The position numbers and the translations under genes were made by a program. From an uncultured Chloroflexia bacterium (GTDB taxonomy: Bacteria; Chloroflexota; Limnocylindria; Limnocylindrales; CSP1-4): a stretch of 64,000 nucleotides of DNA. Position 1 is the stretch's first letter, and the number at the start of each line of letters is the position of its first letter. Under the pieces are notes generated by a model. It worked only from the letters and a program-made list of their open reading frames with translations, was not told the origin of the DNA and did no database searches. The stretch is from the NCBI GenBank assembly GCA_963814125.1, contig CAWFBR010000003.1, positions 167,864 through 231,863 of the forward strand, given 5' to 3'. Positions 17,940 to 27,838 of this stretch are shown piece by piece.

Positions 17940-18118
17940 TACCTCTGCCGGTGTCGTGTTGGTGACACCTAAGTTTCGCCCCGGGGTCATCGCGACGATG
18001 AGCGAACTGCCGTCCCAAACGCTGCAGTCTCATCGCAGGTGCGCCATCCGAGGCTCGTCCGGCCACCCTCGGGTCGTCGTAACATCGTCTGGATCAGCCC
18101 GTGGCAGCCGGAGCGAAC

Positions 18119-19426
18119 ATGATTCCGAACGGTCGCATCTCGGATATCAGATCCCAGTTCCCTGCCCTGTCGCGCCGCCACGACGGCGAGCCGTATGCGT
18201 ACCTGGACGGGCCTGGCGGGACGCAGGTGCCGCGGCGAACGATCGAGGCGATGGCCGGCTACCTGGAACGCACCAACGCGAACCACGAGGGCGCGTTCCC
18301 GACCAGCGAGGAGAGCGACGCCCTGCTGGCCGAGGCTCACGCCGCCGCCGCCGATTTCCTCGGCGCGGGCGATGCGGGAGAAGTCGTCTTCGGTCAGAAC
18401 ATGACGACGATCACCTTCGCGGTGAGCCGAGCGATCGGGCGGACGCTGCGACCCGGCGACGAGATCGTGGTCACCCGCCTGGACCACGATGCCAACGTGG
18501 CGCCGTGGCTCGCCCTGGAGGAAGAGCGCGGCGCGGTGGTTCGCTGGGTGGATATCCGGCCGGACGACTGCACTCTCGACATGGCCGGCCTGGAACGGGC
18601 GCTGGGCCCGCGTACCCGGGTAGTGGCCGTGGGCGTCGCCTCCAACGCGGTCGGGACCGTCAACCCGGTGGCTCGGATCGTCGAGATGGCCCACTCCGTG
18701 GGAGCGTGGACGTATGTCGACGCGGTTCACGCCGCTCCCCACCTGGCGATCGACGCCTCGGCCATCGGGACCGACTTCCTCGTCTGCTCGCCGTACAAGT
18801 TCTTCGGCCCGCACCTCGGACTCCTCTACGGAAAGCGCGAGCTGCTTGAGCGTCTTAGCGCGTACAGGGTCCGACCGGCAGCCGACGAGCCGCCCGGCAA
18901 GTGGGAGACGGGCACGCTCCCGGGAGAGTCGCTCGCCGGGCTGCTCGGGACGCTCGGCTACCTGGAATGGCTCGGTCGGGAGTTTGGCGGCAACCCCGGG
19001 GCAGCGACGGACCGGCGAGCGGCGTTGTCCGCGGCGATGAGCGTCATTCGCGAGAGGGAGCGCGGGCTGGCCCTCCAGGCGCTGACTGCCCTCGGCCAGG
19101 TGCCGGGGTTGACGCTCCGGGGCATCACCGACCCGGCCCGGATGGACGAGCGGGTCCCAACATTCGCCTTCACATTGCCCAACCACAGTCCGCGCGAGGT
19201 CGCGACCGAGCTTGGCCGGCGCGGCATCGCCGTCTGGGATGGCGACTACTATGCCTACGAGTTGATCCGGGCCCTTGGCCTGGCCGAGTCAGGCGGGATG
19301 GTTCGGGTCGGCCTCGTCCACTACAACGAGCCCGACGAGATCGAGCGCCTGACCCGGGCGTTGCGGGAGATAGCCAATCCGAGGGCCCGCGCCCACGACG
19401 GCGCGGCAGTGAGGGAGAACACATGA
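18119..19426 (+). CDS. Class V PLP enzyme, cysteine desulfurase-like (VC1184-type subfamily)
   Basis: YLDGPGGTQVP, LDHDAN, VDAVH, CSPYKFFGPH, ETGT. Confidence 0.87.
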   Translation: MIPNGRISDIRSQFPALSRRHDGEPYAYLDGPGGTQVPRRTIEAMAGYLERTNANHEGAFPTSEESDALLAEAHAAAADFLGAGDAGEVVFGQNMTTITFAVSRAIGRTLRPGDEIVVTRLDHDANVAPWLALEEERGAVVRWVDIRPDDCTLDMAGLERALGPRTRVVAVGVASNAVGTVNPVARIVEMAHSVGAWTYVDAVHAAPHLAIDASAIGTDFLVCSPYKFFGPHLGLLYGKRELLERLSAYRVRPAADEPPGKWETGTLPGESLAGLLGTLGYLEWLGREFGGNPGAATDRRAALSAAMSVIRERERGLALQALTALGQVPGLTLRGITDPARMDERVPTFAFTLPNHSPREVATELGRRGIAVWDGDYYAYELIRALGLAESGGMVRVGLVHYNEPDEIERLTRALREIANPRARAHDGAAVRENT

Positions 19427-20112
19427 TCGACCGGGGTCGACCCGCGGCGGCTTTCTTCCAGATCGTGCGCAGCGGCGACAAGCAGCCCGTCGAGGAGGCG
19501 GTAGCGGCGGACCCGAGCCTGCTCCAGGCCCGCGACGAAGCCGGGCTCTCGCCGGTGCTGGCGGCCGCCTATGCCCACCACAACCGGCTGGCAGAGGATC
19601 TCGCCGAAAAAGTCGAGAAGACGCCCGAAGGCCTCGGCCTGTTCGAGGCGGCGGCCGTGGGGAACGTGGAGGCGGTACGGAGGCAGCTGGCGGGCGATCG
19701 CGCCTCGATCGACGAGGGCGGCAGCGACGGCTTCACGGCACTCCACCTGGCGGCCTACTTCGGCCGGCTGGAGGTAGCTCGGCTGCTGCTCGGGCTGGGT
19801 GCCGATCGAAATGCTGTCGCCGTCAACGAGATGCGCGCTACGCCGCTCCACAGCGCGGTCGCCGGCGGGCATCGCGACGTGGCCGGCCTTCTCCTCGCCC
19901 ATGGCGCGTCCCCCAACGCCGTCCAGCATGGTGGCTGGACGCCCTTGCATGCCGCGGCGCAGGCCGGTGACGAAGACATCGTCGACATGCTGCTGCTGCG
20001 CGGGGCGGACCCGACTCGTAAGAGCGACGAGGGGCTCACGGCGATCGACATGGCCGAGGCAGGCGGACACGGGGCCATCGCGAAGATCCTGCGCAACCTC
20101 GCCAAGCGCTGA
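19423..20112 (+). CDS. Ankyrin repeat protein
   Basis: GFTALHLAA, TPLHSAV, GWTPLHAAA; ATGA overlap with the upstream gene. Confidence 0.9.
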   Translation: MIDRGRPAAAFFQIVRSGDKQPVEEAVAADPSLLQARDEAGLSPVLAAAYAHHNRLAEDLAEKVEKTPEGLGLFEAAAVGNVEAVRRQLAGDRASIDEGGSDGFTALHLAAYFGRLEVARLLLGLGADRNAVAVNEMRATPLHSAVAGGHRDVAGLLLAHGASPNAVQHGGWTPLHAAAQAGDEDIVDMLLLRGADPTRKSDEGLTAIDMAEAGGHGAIAKILRNLAKR

Positions 20113-20188
20113 CCACTCACCAGATACGCGGCGGCGGCTGGCGTCGCCGCGCCTGCGGCGGCAGGGCGCCGAGGAGGCACCGCACAAC

Positions 20189-21895
20189 CTAGCGCTGCGC
20201 CGCCGCGTCGAGCCAGCCTGGCAGTTCGGCCGCGAGGGTTGCCAGCGGCAGCGTGCCATGGCCCAGGACTGCGTCGTGGAATGCCCGCAGATCGAAGGCC
20301 GGCCCGAGACGTTCCGTAGCCTCGCGCCGCAGCCGCTCGATCTCGCGCTGGCCGACCTTGTAGGTAAGAGCCTGGGCGGGCCAACAGATGTAGCGGTCCG
20401 TCTCAATGGCAGCATCGGTGTCAGACAGTCCGGCTTCGCGGAGCAGGGCCACCGACCGCTCGCGCTTCCATCGGAAAGCATGGAGGCCGGTATCGACAAC
20501 CAGCCGTGCGGCCCGGTGGGACTGGCCATCGAGCATGCCGAACCGCTCGCCGGGGTTGAGGTAAAGACCCATCTCGTCGGCCAGACGCTCGGAATAGAGC
20601 CCCCAACCCTCGCCGTATGCCATTCCCGCCATGCGCGCGCCCATGCGGCGGAAGGCGTTCAGGGTAAGGTGCTCGGACTCGAGAGTCAGCTGGAAGTGAT
20701 GGCCCGGGACCGCCTCGTGGAAGCTCGTGCTGGCGAGGCCCACGTAGCTTCGGCTGGGCAGGTCGTACGTGTTCACGTAGTAGACGCCGGGCCGGCTGCC
20801 ATCGAACGCAGGCGGGTAGTAGTACGCCGCAGGCGCGTCTGCCTCCTTGTACGGCTCCACCGCCCGAACCTCACATGCCCCCCGCGGCAGCCGGCCGAAG
20901 TAGTCCGGGGCGACCGCGAGAGCGCGTTCGATCTGGCCGCGGGCACGATCCAGAAGCTCCTCCACGGACTCCGGAATCGAGGCTGGATCGCTCAGCAACG
21001 CCGTCCGGGCCGCCCTGGTGTCGTCGCCGAAGCCCAGGTCGCGAGCGATGACCCGCCGCTCGCCCTCGATCGCCTCCAGTTCTTCCAGGCCGCGTCGATG
21101 CAATTCCTCCGCGTCGATGTCGAGGGACGTCCATGCCCGGATCTGGGTCCGATAGATCCGCTCGCCGTCGGGAGCGGACCACAGGCCCGGATCCTGCCGT
21201 GAGGCCTCGCGATACTTGCCGTCCAGCGCCTCGAGGAAGGCCAGATCGGCCGGGCGAACGTACTTGTCGATGGCAGCGACGAGCCGCTCGCGACCGGCCG
21301 GCGTCGGCACGTCCAGCGCCGCGACCACGGGCGACTCATCGGCCGGGGTGGCAAGGAGACGCTCGAGCTGGCCGATGACGCGGTCGGTGACGATGCGGGC
21401 CGCGGTTAGACCCCCGGTCAGGCCCTCTCGAACTACATCTGCGTTAGCCGCCATGAAGCGCGGGTAGTCGGCCAGACGGGCCATGAAGAGCTCGAACTTC
21501 TCGGGCGTGTCTGTCTTCTGGAAGGCCGCGAGCGTCGGAAGAATCGTCTGCGGGCCTTCCATCTGATCGACCACTTTGAGCCGGTCGACCCTCTGGTCTT
21601 GCTGCTCCAGCTCGACGTTACAGATCACGCGGAGGATGCGGAGCGTGATCCGCTCTTCGGTCGGGAGGCCCGATGTCACAGCGACCTGGGCCTCGATCTC
21701 GTCCACCGAGGCCAGCGTGTCGCGGTATAGCGATCTTGCTCTGTCGCGGCCGGCCGGCCCCGGGTCGTCCAGCCTGTCAAGGCCCTGCTCGTAGCCCAGC
21801 ATGGTCGCGGTCGTCGGAGAGAGATCGAGAAAGCCGTTCCAGAATCGATCGGCCAGCGCGTTGACCTCGTCGGCTGGACCGCTGACCTCGTCCAT
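20189..21895 (-). CDS. DUF885 family protein (metallopeptidase-like)
   Basis: HEAVPGHH, EGWGLYSE, RAARLVVDTGLH, RY...PAQA.TYK.G. GGGAGG RBS. Confidence 0.9.
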   Translation of the reverse strand: MDEVSGPADEVNALADRFWNGFLDLSPTTATMLGYEQGLDRLDDPGPAGRDRARSLYRDTLASVDEIEAQVAVTSGLPTEERITLRILRVICNVELEQQDQRVDRLKVVDQMEGPQTILPTLAAFQKTDTPEKFELFMARLADYPRFMAANADVVREGLTGGLTAARIVTDRVIGQLERLLATPADESPVVAALDVPTPAGRERLVAAIDKYVRPADLAFLEALDGKYREASRQDPGLWSAPDGERIYRTQIRAWTSLDIDAEELHRRGLEELEAIEGERRVIARDLGFGDDTRAARTALLSDPASIPESVEELLDRARGQIERALAVAPDYFGRLPRGACEVRAVEPYKEADAPAAYYYPPAFDGSRPGVYYVNTYDLPSRSYVGLASTSFHEAVPGHHFQLTLESEHLTLNAFRRMGARMAGMAYGEGWGLYSERLADEMGLYLNPGERFGMLDGQSHRAARLVVDTGLHAFRWKRERSVALLREAGLSDTDAAIETDRYICWPAQALTYKVGQREIERLRREATERLGPAFDLRAFHDAVLGHGTLPLATLAAELPGWLDAAAQR

Positions 21896-21978
21896 CGGAA
21901 CCTCCCTCGTCTCCCAGGCGACCGGACGGAGCACGTCGTCCGGCGAGAACTGTTGGGCTCAGGGTACCGCGAACGGCG

Positions 21979-24918
21979 TTAGCCCCCGAAGAGCGGCAGC
22001 TGCTCCCCTACCGTGTCGGCGAGCGCGTCGAGGCCGAGATACGGCTCGAGGTCGCCCAGCAAGAGGTCCGGCCTCGCAGCGAACGCCGCGAGGTGGTTCC
22101 ACTTGAAGAAGTGCCAGTTGCGCTCTTCGATCGCCCGCCGCAGGAGCGGTGAGCGGGCCATCTTGAACTTCACCAGGTCGGCCCGTTCCGGCGGCAGAAC
22201 GAGGAACCGCACCACCTTGTCATCTATCGGGTAGCGGGCATGGCGGACGAGGATCGGCTCGCTCAGCATTGCCGTCCACTCGACCTCGAAGAGGAACGTC
22301 GCCTGGCGGCGAACGTACCAGGCGCAATCCAACCGATCGAGCTCGCCCTCAGGGGCCCAGGTAATCAGGGGCAGGTGGACGGCGCGCTCGGCGTCATCCA
22401 GCCAATCCGCCAGCTGCCGGCCGGCGACGCGACGGGTCTGCTGCCGCTTACCGATCCAGACCCGCATTCCCAGCCGGTGGCCCAGATCCGCGAGCGTGGC
22501 TATCACGGCGTCGTGGTCGGCCGTCCGACTCTCCAGGTGGTCCGAACCAATAACCGCCTCCGGCGTGCTCGTGGGAGCGACGTAGCTGCGCAGGCAGGCT
22601 TCGATGAGGGCTCCGTCGGGCAGGTCGGGGATCCTGAAAAGGGCCGCCGTCCGCTCCATCGCGGCGCGCTCCGTGAGTCTCGCGGCGGAGGACAGAAGCG
22701 AGAAGACGGCCCACTCCACCCGGTCGGCGATCGGCTGAGCGGCGGCCGAACGGTCCTCGTGCGAAGCGAGCCAGTAATGGCCGGGCTCGATCTGGCGGAT
22801 GCGCCGGTTGTTGGGGCGATCGAGCTCGGTGCGTATCAGCTCCAGCAACTCATCGACGATCCCGGGCCCGGCGGCCGCGCCCAATTCGAGGGGAGAGACC
22901 GCCTTCCGCCCTGACGCGGATCGATCTGAGGGGCGATCGACGGCATGCTCGGCGGCCCGGCCACGGGGCCCCGCCCCGCCGCGAACGCCGGCAATGTCAC
23001 CACCAACGGCCTGCCCGTCGGCCACGAAGCCGGTGGCGGACGAATCGTCGATCCAGGCCGACCACCCGTCGTCGGCGTGCGGGGGACGGAGCGAGCGGGC
23101 CAGGCGGGCCAGCTGACCGGACCGGTCGAGCCCGATCAAGAGGTCCCCCAGCATGTGTTCGAATGAGGCCGGCTCGCCGCGAGCCTTGAGCAGTTCGACC
23201 GCCGCGTCGGTCACTGTCTGAGACGCTACGCTCGCACGAAACGGCCCCTCTTCGAGCCTTTCGGGCGGCGCGAAGATACCTCTTCCCTGGACCGTTCCGG
23301 GGTCCCCGGCGCCGCCTGTGAGCGGCGGCAGAGGCCTGTTGGCGCGGGTTCGAGCGCCCGGACCCAGCACGCCGGTCGGCGGCACGAAGACGATGATGCC
23401 CGCGCTCGAGTCGACGCCGCGGTGAAGTCGGGCGTCGATCAGACGGCAGCCGGCCGCCGCGCCCCCGAGAGCGGCCGCGACCAGAGTGGCCGGCTGATCG
23501 TCGTCCAGCAAGATCACGGCCCGGCCGTTATTGGCCAGGGCCGGCGACGCGATTGCCAGCGAGCGGCCGAGGCTGCGGGCGAGCTCGTGCGCTTCCTCCG
23601 CGGCCGTGACTTTCGCCGTGGGCCGGAACAACGAGTCGTACGGCAGCATGGAGACGGCTCCCGCCCCGAACAGCCACCCGGTCTCGTGGTAGGAGGCCGC
23701 AAGCCGCTCCGACGTCAGGCGCAGGGGCGCCTGGCCGAGAACGAGCCGGACCCGCGACGGTGAGTCCGAATGGGCCATCCTCTCGCCGTGGAGACCCAGC
23801 CGGCGAAGCGCCGCCGGAGTGGACTCGATCAGCGTCACGTTGGGCGTGCCGCTCTCGAGAGAGACCAGATCGGCTCCGAGTCGTGCCATTGCGGCCCTGG
23901 GAGTCCCCGACTCGAGCTTCTGGACGAAGACTTTGACCAGCTTCAGCCCGTCTTCGAAGGCCAGCCACGGATTGCGCTCGCGCCATTCGCGCGTGGTCGG
24001 AACCTTGACCGCACCGTTGGAGATTCGAATCGGCGCCGGCTTGCCGCGCGCAGCGTTGAGGCGGCTGGCCAGGATCACGGCGTGGAGGAAGGCGAGGCGC
24101 AGGGTGGCCGTCAGGGCGCCCGTCCTCTCCTCGCCGTCGATCCGGGTCAGAATGGCGTGGAGTCCGGCGAGCTGGCGGGGCGTGTGCAGGTCGATCAGCT
24201 GGTCGACCAGCGGGTGCGTGGGCCGCGGCGCCGGGAAGCGGAGGCGCATGCTTTCGCGGACGTCGCCGCTGGGCGAGACCGATTCAGCCAGCTTCAGGTC
24301 GCCGCGCGTGGGCTCGGCCACCTGAAGTTCGGGGCCGCCGAACTGCTCGTGGCACGACGCACATCGATACTCCCGGGAAACGGCCCGAAGGGACTCCTCG
24401 GGGGTAATCCGCAGCGTGGGCAATGTGTCCTTGGCCGCCGGCGTCGACTTCGCGCGGCGCCCAGCATTGCGCCCCGCTGCCACGACGACCGACCCGGCGA
24501 GCGGCTCCCAGACCATGGCGTCGAGGATGACGGGTCGGCCGCACCTGGGGCAGTTGCTTGCGTACATGGAATCGATGGTCCGCCGAACCATCGACCCACC
24601 AAGAGAGGCGGCGGCTATCGCCTGGGTCGCGGAATCGATCTGGCGCAAGTCCGGGGGCCGGAGCACGACCTCCGCCAGCAGCCGGGTCAGCGGCCACGGC
24701 TCGAAGTCCGCGGCGCGGCGTTGCTCGGCGATAGCCGCTCGGGCGACCCACCCGCCCCGGCCGGTCAGGTCGAGTACAACGTCGCCAGGCTTGGTCCAGG
24801 CCTCGATCTCGACCACGAGATCGGCCGCCGCGGCCGGGGGGGCCAGCCGCTCGAAGGCGGGCAGGGGCGCAACGCTTTCCAACCGTTGCTCGGGGTTTGT
24901 GGCAGCGCGCCCGGCCAT
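21979..24918 (-). CDS. Degenerate DNA-methylase-like protein with Zn ribbon and C-terminal PD-(D/E)XK-like domain
   Basis: PGDVVLDLTGRGG (degenerate motif I), CPRC...CASC, no DPPY recognised, C-terminal LDCAW...FEVE. Confidence 0.6.
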   Translation of the reverse strand: MAGRAATNPEQRLESVAPLPAFERLAPPAAAADLVVEIEAWTKPGDVVLDLTGRGGWVARAAIAEQRRAADFEPWPLTRLLAEVVLRPPDLRQIDSATQAIAAASLGGSMVRRTIDSMYASNCPRCGRPVILDAMVWEPLAGSVVVAAGRNAGRRAKSTPAAKDTLPTLRITPEESLRAVSREYRCASCHEQFGGPELQVAEPTRGDLKLAESVSPSGDVRESMRLRFPAPRPTHPLVDQLIDLHTPRQLAGLHAILTRIDGEERTGALTATLRLAFLHAVILASRLNAARGKPAPIRISNGAVKVPTTREWRERNPWLAFEDGLKLVKVFVQKLESGTPRAAMARLGADLVSLESGTPNVTLIESTPAALRRLGLHGERMAHSDSPSRVRLVLGQAPLRLTSERLAASYHETGWLFGAGAVSMLPYDSLFRPTAKVTAAEEAHELARSLGRSLAIASPALANNGRAVILLDDDQPATLVAAALGGAAAGCRLIDARLHRGVDSSAGIIVFVPPTGVLGPGARTRANRPLPPLTGGAGDPGTVQGRGIFAPPERLEEGPFRASVASQTVTDAAVELLKARGEPASFEHMLGDLLIGLDRSGQLARLARSLRPPHADDGWSAWIDDSSATGFVADGQAVGGDIAGVRGGAGPRGRAAEHAVDRPSDRSASGRKAVSPLELGAAAGPGIVDELLELIRTELDRPNNRRIRQIEPGHYWLASHEDRSAAAQPIADRVEWAVFSLLSSAARLTERAAMERTAALFRIPDLPDGALIEACLRSYVAPTSTPEAVIGSDHLESRTADHDAVIATLADLGHRLGMRVWIGKRQQTRRVAGRQLADWLDDAERAVHLPLITWAPEGELDRLDCAWYVRRQATFLFEVEWTAMLSEPILVRHARYPIDDKVVRFLVLPPERADLVKFKMARSPLLRRAIEERNWHFFKWNHLAAFAARPDLLLGDLEPYLGLDALADTVGEQLPLFGG

Positions 24919-25125
24919 GCCTCAATTGTGACAGACGCCCCGGGGCGCGGGGCAGGCAGGCGGTGGTAGCGGATGGTCTTCCAGAGGCTCGAACGCTCAA
25001 CGCGTTCGAGGCCACTCTCGGACGATCTGCCGGACGGCGCGCCACCATCCGAACCCGCAGTCGCCGAAAACCCAGCCAGCTAGTCCCTGCGCAATCGTGA
25101 GCCGGACGGCCGGGGGCCCTACCGC

Positions 25126-25977
25126 CTACGGCTCTTCGAGTTCGTCGGTCTCGTCTTCGAAAGCCTCTTCGCCGGTCACCTCGGCCGGCAGAACCCGATC
25201 GAGATCCTCGATCCCCTCGTCCTCGTCGTCCTCCTCGAGGTCCTCCTCGATCAACTCCTCTTCCCGCAGCAGGGTGCCCTTGGTGTAGGGCCGCAAGTCC
25301 GAGGAACGGGCGGCCGTGGGAAAGCTGACCTTGCCGTAGTTGCGCGGGTCCTGGAAGATCTCGCGGATAACGATGCGGACGTCGCGGTCACCGAGCGAGG
25401 TGATCCCGGCCGAGTACTTGTTGCCGTCGGCGAGGAGCTTGAGCAGGCGGGCAGCCACACGCGGTTCGACGATGCCGATGCGCGTCCCGTTGGCCTCGGC
25501 GTAAAGCCGGCTACCGTCCGGGATCAGCTCCACGGCATCGCCGGGATTGACGTGGGCAAGAGTTCTGGGTGCCGCCAGGTCGGTCAGCATGGCAAAGCCG
25601 GTCTTGCCGGTCTCCTCCACGAAGATGGCCACGGGTGCCTTGTCGGCCTTCTCCGCGGCGACGGTCTTCTCGCCGGCCTCGCTCATCAGGACACGCAGCC
25701 GCTCTATGTTCCGCTCGGCGATCCGGTTCGTCGGGTCCACGGCCAGCGCAACCTGGTAATGCTCGCGCGCCTCACCCAGTTCCCCCAGCTCCCAGAGGGC
25801 CTTGGCGAGGCGGTTCTCAGCCTCGGCGTCGGCGCCCATCTCGAGGATCTTGCGGTTGGTGTCGGCTGCCTCGGCCCATCGTCCTTGGGCGGCATGGGCG
25901 ATCGCCTGCTCCACCAGCTGGCGCTTGATCCGGACGGAGTTGCCGCCGGTGCCCTTTTCGATCTCGGGGAAGGCCAA
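25126..25977 (-). CDS. TPR-repeat protein with acidic tail
   Basis: NRLAKALWELG...A.E.Y..ALAVDPTNRIA, FVEETGKT, D/E-rich C-terminus. AAAGGGA RBS plus TTG. Confidence 0.82.
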   Translation of the reverse strand: MAFPEIEKGTGGNSVRIKRQLVEQAIAHAAQGRWAEAADTNRKILEMGADAEAENRLAKALWELGELGEAREHYQVALAVDPTNRIAERNIERLRVLMSEAGEKTVAAEKADKAPVAIFVEETGKTGFAMLTDLAAPRTLAHVNPGDAVELIPDGSRLYAEANGTRIGIVEPRVAARLLKLLADGNKYSAGITSLGDRDVRIVIREIFQDPRNYGKVSFPTAARSSDLRPYTKGTLLREEELIEEDLEEDDEDEGIEDLDRVLPAEVTGEEAFEDETDELEEP

Positions 25978-26093
25978 GGATCGGGTCCCTTTCGTAAGCT
26001 GAGCCAGTCCGCTGCGGTGAGCGGCGAGACGACGGCGATCGCCGTCCCACGGAGGGCATGCCGATCCCGCGGGAAACGCCCGCCCGGACCATG

Positions 26094-26122
26094 CTTTTAG
26101 CATCCGGGGGCTGGCCTGTCAA
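26094..26122 (-). promoter_or_regulatory. Sigma70-like promoter for the TPR gene
   Basis: TTGACA-N17-TAAAAG with extended -10 TG. Confidence 0.55.
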
Positions 26123-26142
26123 CGCGAAGGGGTCCGCGCCCG

Positions 26143-27009
26143 TCAGCTTCGGCGCGCGGACGTACGCAATTCGCCGGCCCACATCTTGAGATCGAGCGCG
26201 GCTGCGTCGGTTCGGACCATCAGACCCGAGAGCTCCTGCAGATGATTGAGTTGCGGAACGGCCTCGCGAATGATCTCCCCGACCAGCGCCCGGTAGGGTT
26301 CCTGGTCGGTGACGTCGTGGGCAACCCATCGCCCGTAGCGATCGACGTGCGCCCGGTCTTCGTCGGACGGACCATCCGGGAAGGGATCGATCCAGGCCGT
26401 GCCGAAGAACTGGAGCGTCCAGTCGGCCGTGGCGTCGCACAGGATCACGGAACCGTCGGCGAAGGTCAGCTCGATGGCCCCGTCGGTCGTATTGGTCTCG
26501 CCTCGGAAGGTGTAGTGGAGCCGCCTGATCCGCTCGATCTCGCGCCCTATCAGATCGGGAGCCGCGGGCAGTCGATGCATCCGTTCCCAGCCCTCGTTTC
26601 TGGGAAGACGGGCTCCCGGCGCCGCGACAAGCGTCCGGAACAGATGGTCGAGGGTCGCGTCGGGATTGGACGTCAGCCCCGTGTGCCCTTCCGATCGCCC
26701 GATTATGGTGCTGCTCGGAGAGGACAACCAGTGATACCGCTCGGCCTTGCTCAGCCGCGCGATCGGTCCGGCCCCGGCCTCGCCCGCCGCCACCCGCTGA
26801 ATGGCCGCGAGATGCGACTCCACTTCTTCGACGTCACAGTCCGGCGCCAGGGCGGTGAGCCGTGCCGGGTCCCCTCCCGTTCGAGCCCCCAGGAACCGGC
26901 GCTCCGGGCAATAGAGCACGATGCCGACGTTCACGAATTCGCCGCGTTCCACGCGCGGAACGGCGCGCAGGACCGTGTATGCGAACGGGTTACTGGTCGG
27001 CTCGGGCAC
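26143..27009 (-). CDS. DUF3037 domain protein with ~155-aa C-terminal extension
   Basis: FAYTVLRAVPRVERGEFVNVG, ERYHWLSSPSSTII, H.G. Overlaps the kinase stop. Confidence 0.85.
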   Translation of the reverse strand: MPEPTSNPFAYTVLRAVPRVERGEFVNVGIVLYCPERRFLGARTGGDPARLTALAPDCDVEEVESHLAAIQRVAAGEAGAGPIARLSKAERYHWLSSPSSTIIGRSEGHTGLTSNPDATLDHLFRTLVAAPGARLPRNEGWERMHRLPAAPDLIGREIERIRRLHYTFRGETNTTDGAIELTFADGSVILCDATADWTLQFFGTAWIDPFPDGPSDEDRAHVDRYGRWVAHDVTDQEPYRALVGEIIREAVPQLNHLQELSGLMVRTDAAALDLKMWAGELRTSARRS

Positions 27010-27769
27010 GTTCGGCCTCCTCGGCGAGGCGCCGATGCGCCTCCAGCCGGCGGACAAGGTAATCCAGGTAGACGGCGCGGTGGGCAGGCGGGTCCGGCAG
27101 CCCATCCTCGGGCGCCAGCCACTCGTCCGGGACGAGCTCGACGATCGAGTAGAACAGTTGTGGCGTGAGCCTGGATGCGAGCCGCTCGTCGGCCTCGACG
27201 ATGGAGCCAGCCATAGGCAGCAGAACGTGCTTCTTGATGGCGGCCAGCGGTCTTTCGGCGTTCTCCGCGACGTCTTTCCAGTTGTGATGGATATATAGCG
27301 CGGAGCCGTGGTCGATCAGCCACAACCGCCTGTGCCACACCAGCAGGTTGGGATTGCGGGCATCTCGATCCACATTGGTGACGAACGAGTCGAACCAGAC
27401 GACGGCTGCGCAAAGACCGGGCGGAGGCGCATAGCCAGCCGCCGGGTCGAAGCCCAGGGCACCCGGCAGGAAGTCGAGGCCCACGTTCACGCCGCCGCTG
27501 CGCTGGAGCAGTTCCCGGATCTCCGCGTCGGGCTCGGCGGCCGCCAGGCGGGGATCGAAGTCCAGGAACACGATCTCCGGGACGAGCAAACCCAGCGCGC
27601 GGCCTATCTCGCCCGCGATCAGCTCGGCCACCAGGGCCTTCTCGCCGTGTCCGGCACCACGGAATTTGGCCACGTACAGCCCGTCGTCGTCAGCCTCGAC
27701 TATCGCGGGCAGCGAGCCCCCCTCACGCAGCGGGGCCACATAACGGGTAGCGGCGACACGACGGATCAC
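26990..27769 (-). CDS. HipA-like kinase
   Basis: PLREGGSLP, YVAKFRG, NVDR..RNPN, LIDHG. Confidence 0.87.
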   Translation of the reverse strand: MIRRVAATRYVAPLREGGSLPAIVEADDDGLYVAKFRGAGHGEKALVAELIAGEIGRALGLLVPEIVFLDFDPRLAAAEPDAEIRELLQRSGGVNVGLDFLPGALGFDPAAGYAPPPGLCAAVVWFDSFVTNVDRDARNPNLLVWHRRLWLIDHGSALYIHHNWKDVAENAERPLAAIKKHVLLPMAGSIVEADERLASRLTPQLFYSIVELVPDEWLAPEDGLPDPPAHRAVYLDYLVRRLEAHRRLAEEAERARADQ

Positions 27770-27838
27770 GGCGCAAGTATCGGTCTGTCGGGGGTCTGCC
27801 GTGCGGACTTTCCGGCAGCCGGGGAGTGGCGCCGGCCG

